Assembly (NCBI GenBank): GCA_964016885.1
Contig: OZ024740.1
Span: forward strand, 271,560,001-271,624,000
Direction of reading: 5' to 3'
Source of the DNA: Eledone cirrhosa
Taxonomy: Eukaryota
DNA: 64,000 bases
Below are positions 51,096-64,000 of the stretch, piece by piece. The translations under genes were made by a program, and so were the position numbers. Each line of letters begins with the position of its first letter. The stretch's first letter is position 1. The notes below the pieces were generated by a model. It had not been told where the DNA came from and ran no database searches. It saw nothing but the letters and a program-made list of their open reading frames with translations.

Positions 51096-53635
51096 TGTAT
51101 TTGCAGTCATATTTGGGAAATATTGATATTGAAATATTATACAGCTTTCTTTAAATGGATGAAAAATATACTTGGTAAAATGAATGGGAACACAAGAAAC
51201 CTCTTAATGTATAATGGTTTCACCGACAAAGTAATGTTGGTAACTGTATATGCTAATATATTGTAAGAAACAGTGCAACAGATGGCTACTTAATGTAGCA
51301 TGTACATTTAATAATTACAGGTCAAGAAAAATGAGAAGTTTATATGTGCAACTAGTGAATAGTTAGAAGCACAATAGGAATACAACCAAAATGTGGTGGT
51401 GGTGGGGTGCTGTCAAGCAAACAAAATACAAGAGATTAATAATGGATTTGGATAGAAAACAATCAATTATAGGAAAATAGCTGTTGAAACAAAAATTGAC
51501 AGAAGCTAGGAGAATTTTGATGCGCATCAAAGTAGATTGAAAGTGTTAATCATTTAGTATGTTATGAGTTTGGCTGGTCTCGTTCGCCAAGACGGTTGCT
51601 TCTGACAGGACCCTCTGTTTGAGAACTCTATCCACACAACCCTCCCAGGAATAAGTGGGCGAAGAATAAAAAGAAGGGAAGAAATTAACATAATGGAAGA
51701 AAAAGAATACAAAATGTATGACATTTACACTAGCAGCATTTCCACTGAATCATTTCATGACAAAGGAGTTGAGGTAAAGACTAAAGAAAAGTGAGAAGCC
51801 ATCAAAGACAGAAAGAAAACAAAGAAAAACTAAATAAGAGAATAAGCCCAGTCAGAAGGTACACTGGATGCTGGAGTCCCTTATGAAAAGAAACCTACCT
51901 AACCCTTGAAGAACTTCACAGTTGTCCAAACTATTGGTCGCTCTCCGACAGGTTTGCAGTCAAGCCCCTAGCAGTGGTGACTTCTGGTGTCCTTATCCCT
52001 AGGGCTACTACCCTACTCTCTACCATAGGCACTGAGCTGGCTAGCTGCAGTTGTGAGCCTCTTGAGATAGAATGGCTCTTCCAGCACATCTCCCTCACCA
52101 TCCTCTGAGGAAATGCCTTCTCTATTCTGTCCACTGGGGCCATGGGGTGGCCAGTACGTGGGACCCCATTTTCTCATAATAGTGAGAGATAGGGAGAGCA
52201 GAGAGGATGACACTGGGAGTTTAGCTCCTCTATGTTCGGACTTGGTGTACGTGTGTGTGTATGTTTACTCCTATTCATTTGATATTATATGCTTGGCTAA
52301 TTATGCCATTTAATTCCTTCTCCCCAAAACTAGGAGGTAATGAATCTGCTGAGATAACAAGAAAATTATTGTGATGGTTGATAAGAAGACAAGTACATCC
52401 AACCCCTATATAATAGATGACAGGTGTAAACTAAACTATCAACAGGTAAAGGGACTCCAACTGGAGGGTGTAAAAGACTTTGTGGTTTGGATAAGATTAA
52501 AAATGCTGAAGGGCAGTTTTGGAGGACCTAGTTTACAGAGTATATATTCATGTGTGTCTGTGCAAACAAGGGGTGAGGCAAAATGTAACGTTAAAAAATG
52601 TTTAAAATGTAGGACACGAAACATATAAGAGCAACTCCTTCCCCTACAAAGAGGTGAGAAACCGCCACCTAGGTAGGATTAGGAGCCCATCCACAATTCA
52701 GACCGTCTTCTGTAACAAGGGTTCTGGGAAACTGATCTTGAGTATCTTTGAGCTTAGCCGTAATGTGAAGTCTCTCCAGCATCCTCTAAAATCAACAATG
52801 ACAACAACTGCTTCTGCTCCTCCGAACTAGCAAGATGTCTCATAACTCTGGCCTGACTCATCTCATGCCCCCTCCTCTCTTCGTCACGTCATCCTTACTC
52901 GATCTCATTCACCTGATACATCACTAAATACTTTGATCGATCAGTCTTCACCTGGTTACAAACTGCCTGGTATTCCAGTTCTACCTAGTTTTTTTCAAAT
53001 ACTTTAAACATAGAAATCTAAATGAGACATCAACCGAATCGATCTCGTGTGCGTGGAGGGCTTACAAAGGTCATAGATGCTCCTTCTGTTAATAATAATA
53101 ATAATAATTGTTTCTACATTTGGCACAAGGCCAGCAATTAACCAGTGCATTACTGGTACTTTATTTTATCGACTCTGTAAGGATGAAAGGCAAAATTGAA
53201 TGAAGCTATTCGTTTCTATTTTCTCCTTCGCACACAGACAAGATTATGAGTCTACTCCCGGAAACAGATATACTACTAATAAAATGAAATAAAATAAAAA
53301 GCAACATTCATATTACTTTCATTTTGACACTCGTTGTTATCAAACATAGAGATTGTAGTTAAATCGTGTAAGAGCCCCTAACTGACTTGTCAACAAGTTT
53401 AAAAAGGTAGTTGATTAACAACTAATTCTTATTCTGCTGTTGCGTACAGTATGTAACAGTAGGATCCGAGATAATAACAGGTGTAGAAATATAGAGCTAA
53501 AATAGTTGAAGAATGTTCAGTTATGAGTGATAAATTATCAGTTTTTCTTCTTCTAAATAATCCCTTAACTCATGGGACCACGATTAAGAAACAGTAAGGT
53601 AATTCACACTAAAGAATTAAATGTTGAGGTTGGAT

Positions 53636-53650
53636 CCGGAAGTGATGTCA
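53636..53650 (+). promoter_or_regulatory. ETS (GABP/ELK-type) site overlapping a CRE-like site upstream of the VPS45 ATG
   Basis: CCGGAAGTGATGTCA, 107-121 nt upstream of the ATG. Confidence 0.5.
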
Positions 53651-53756
53651 TCAGTCTGTGATGGTGGTTTAAGCAGTTTTCCATTCCTGACCGCCGCACA
53701 CTGACAGGCCTGTGAATTATTTTCTTATTCTATACTCACACTCGCACACAATCAAA

Positions 53757-62864
<9,108 letters not shown>

Positions 62865-63568
62865 TGAACATCAATCAAACTCTTTTTACCTGTGATATAT
62901 ATTATGGTGAATTAACTAACTGTACTGTATATATGGTGTGGTCCTGTAACTCCTGAGGGAATCATATGGGCACCATAGTAGTGTATAGCATTTCTTGGGC
63001 ATTTTTAAGCCTGGCAGAACCCGTTCCTCTCCAGGTCCAAACATGGCAGATCTCTTCCAGAGAAGGATAGAAAGTGAGAGAGAGGAGAAGTGAGAAAGAG
63101 ATATAGAAGAAGAATCTACCCCAATACTAGACTGGTAGTTTTTTTATCAACCTCGAAATTAGAACAGGCAAAGTTGACAACAACAGGATTTGAACTCAGA
63201 AAGCAGAGAGCCAGAACAAATACCACAAAACATTCTATCCAACATTCTAACGACTTTGCTAATTCACCTCCACTGTATCTATAACAGCCAATCATAATTG
63301 CTAAGGTTTATGAAAGTCTTAACTTTTTAGATATTTTGAAATTTGCATGAATTGTCAGAAAAGGCATTTTGGAAGCAAATATTATTTTCTAATATCCTTT
63401 AATGTTACATTGAGATAGATGTATAAATTCAGGTAAGATGGTTTATATTAACAAAAAAATCATTTAGTTAAGTTTACAAAGACAAAAGGCTTTACTAGAA
63501 ATGTCAGTAGTTTTGTCTCCGTGTGGGATACAAACTAAATCTGTGAACTTACTACATGAAATAGTTGA

Positions 63569-63789
63569 CCCTTTAGCATTTAAACCGGTCGTATCCAGCC
63601 AGAATTCTCTCACCTCTTTCTGTTCAAACTGACCATAACTGGCTGCTCGTATTTACTTTAAGTTATTGTTTTCAAAATAAATAATATCAAAATCTCGTAG
63701 ATTCAATATTATGTGAGATAATTATGTGAGATAAAGTGTTTGCCATGAAAATAAAATAGTAAATATAGAGTAATGTAAATGCTAAAGGA
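63569..63789. mobile_element. piggyBac-like MITE (opposite orientation)
   Basis: CCCTTTAGCATTT ... AAATGCTAAAGGA|TTAA. Confidence 0.8.
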
Positions 63790-64000
63790 TTAATATAGTA
63801 ATGCATCTTACACAATAGTGTGAAGGTGTCAGAATTTGGGTTTTTCTTTTGTGACTGTCCCTTTCCCTTTCTCCCGCTGCTTGATTCTTCTTTCTTTCTC
63901 TCTCTCCTTTTCATTTTCTTCTTCCTTTTCTGTTCCCTTTAGTAGTGTGTTTTGTTTTCATTAGATACTGCTTAATTATTTTTATATAATATCAATGGCC

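Overview
AT-rich, repeat-dense animal genomic DNA. The SINE/RTE repeat families look octopod (cephalopod); that is an inference. There are two divergent (head-to-head) spliced housekeeping genes. Cullin-1 lies on the minus strand: 10 coding exons from 24478 down to 2870, 450 codons, continuing past the left edge, and its first coding intron is a U12-type minor intron. VPS45 lies on the plus strand: 4 coding exons, 53757-62858, 146 codons, continuing past the right edge. The rest is transposon-derived: a near full-length decayed RTE LINE with a PHD-type zinc finger inside its RT region, further RTE and CR1 fragments, many tRNA-derived SINEs, piggyBac/hAT/Tc1-mariner/pogo MITEs, a composite non-autonomous Helitron, and mini/microsatellites. 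The most unusual signal is a set of small non-coding elements sitting in (TA)n tracts. They have inverted and partial-tandem architecture and carry type-I hammerhead-ribozyme cores (44304-45185, 56373-56741), so they are candidate retrozymes or non-autonomous Penelope-like elements. Exon boundaries were read by hand from splice signals and frame continuity. Repeat boundaries are approximate.
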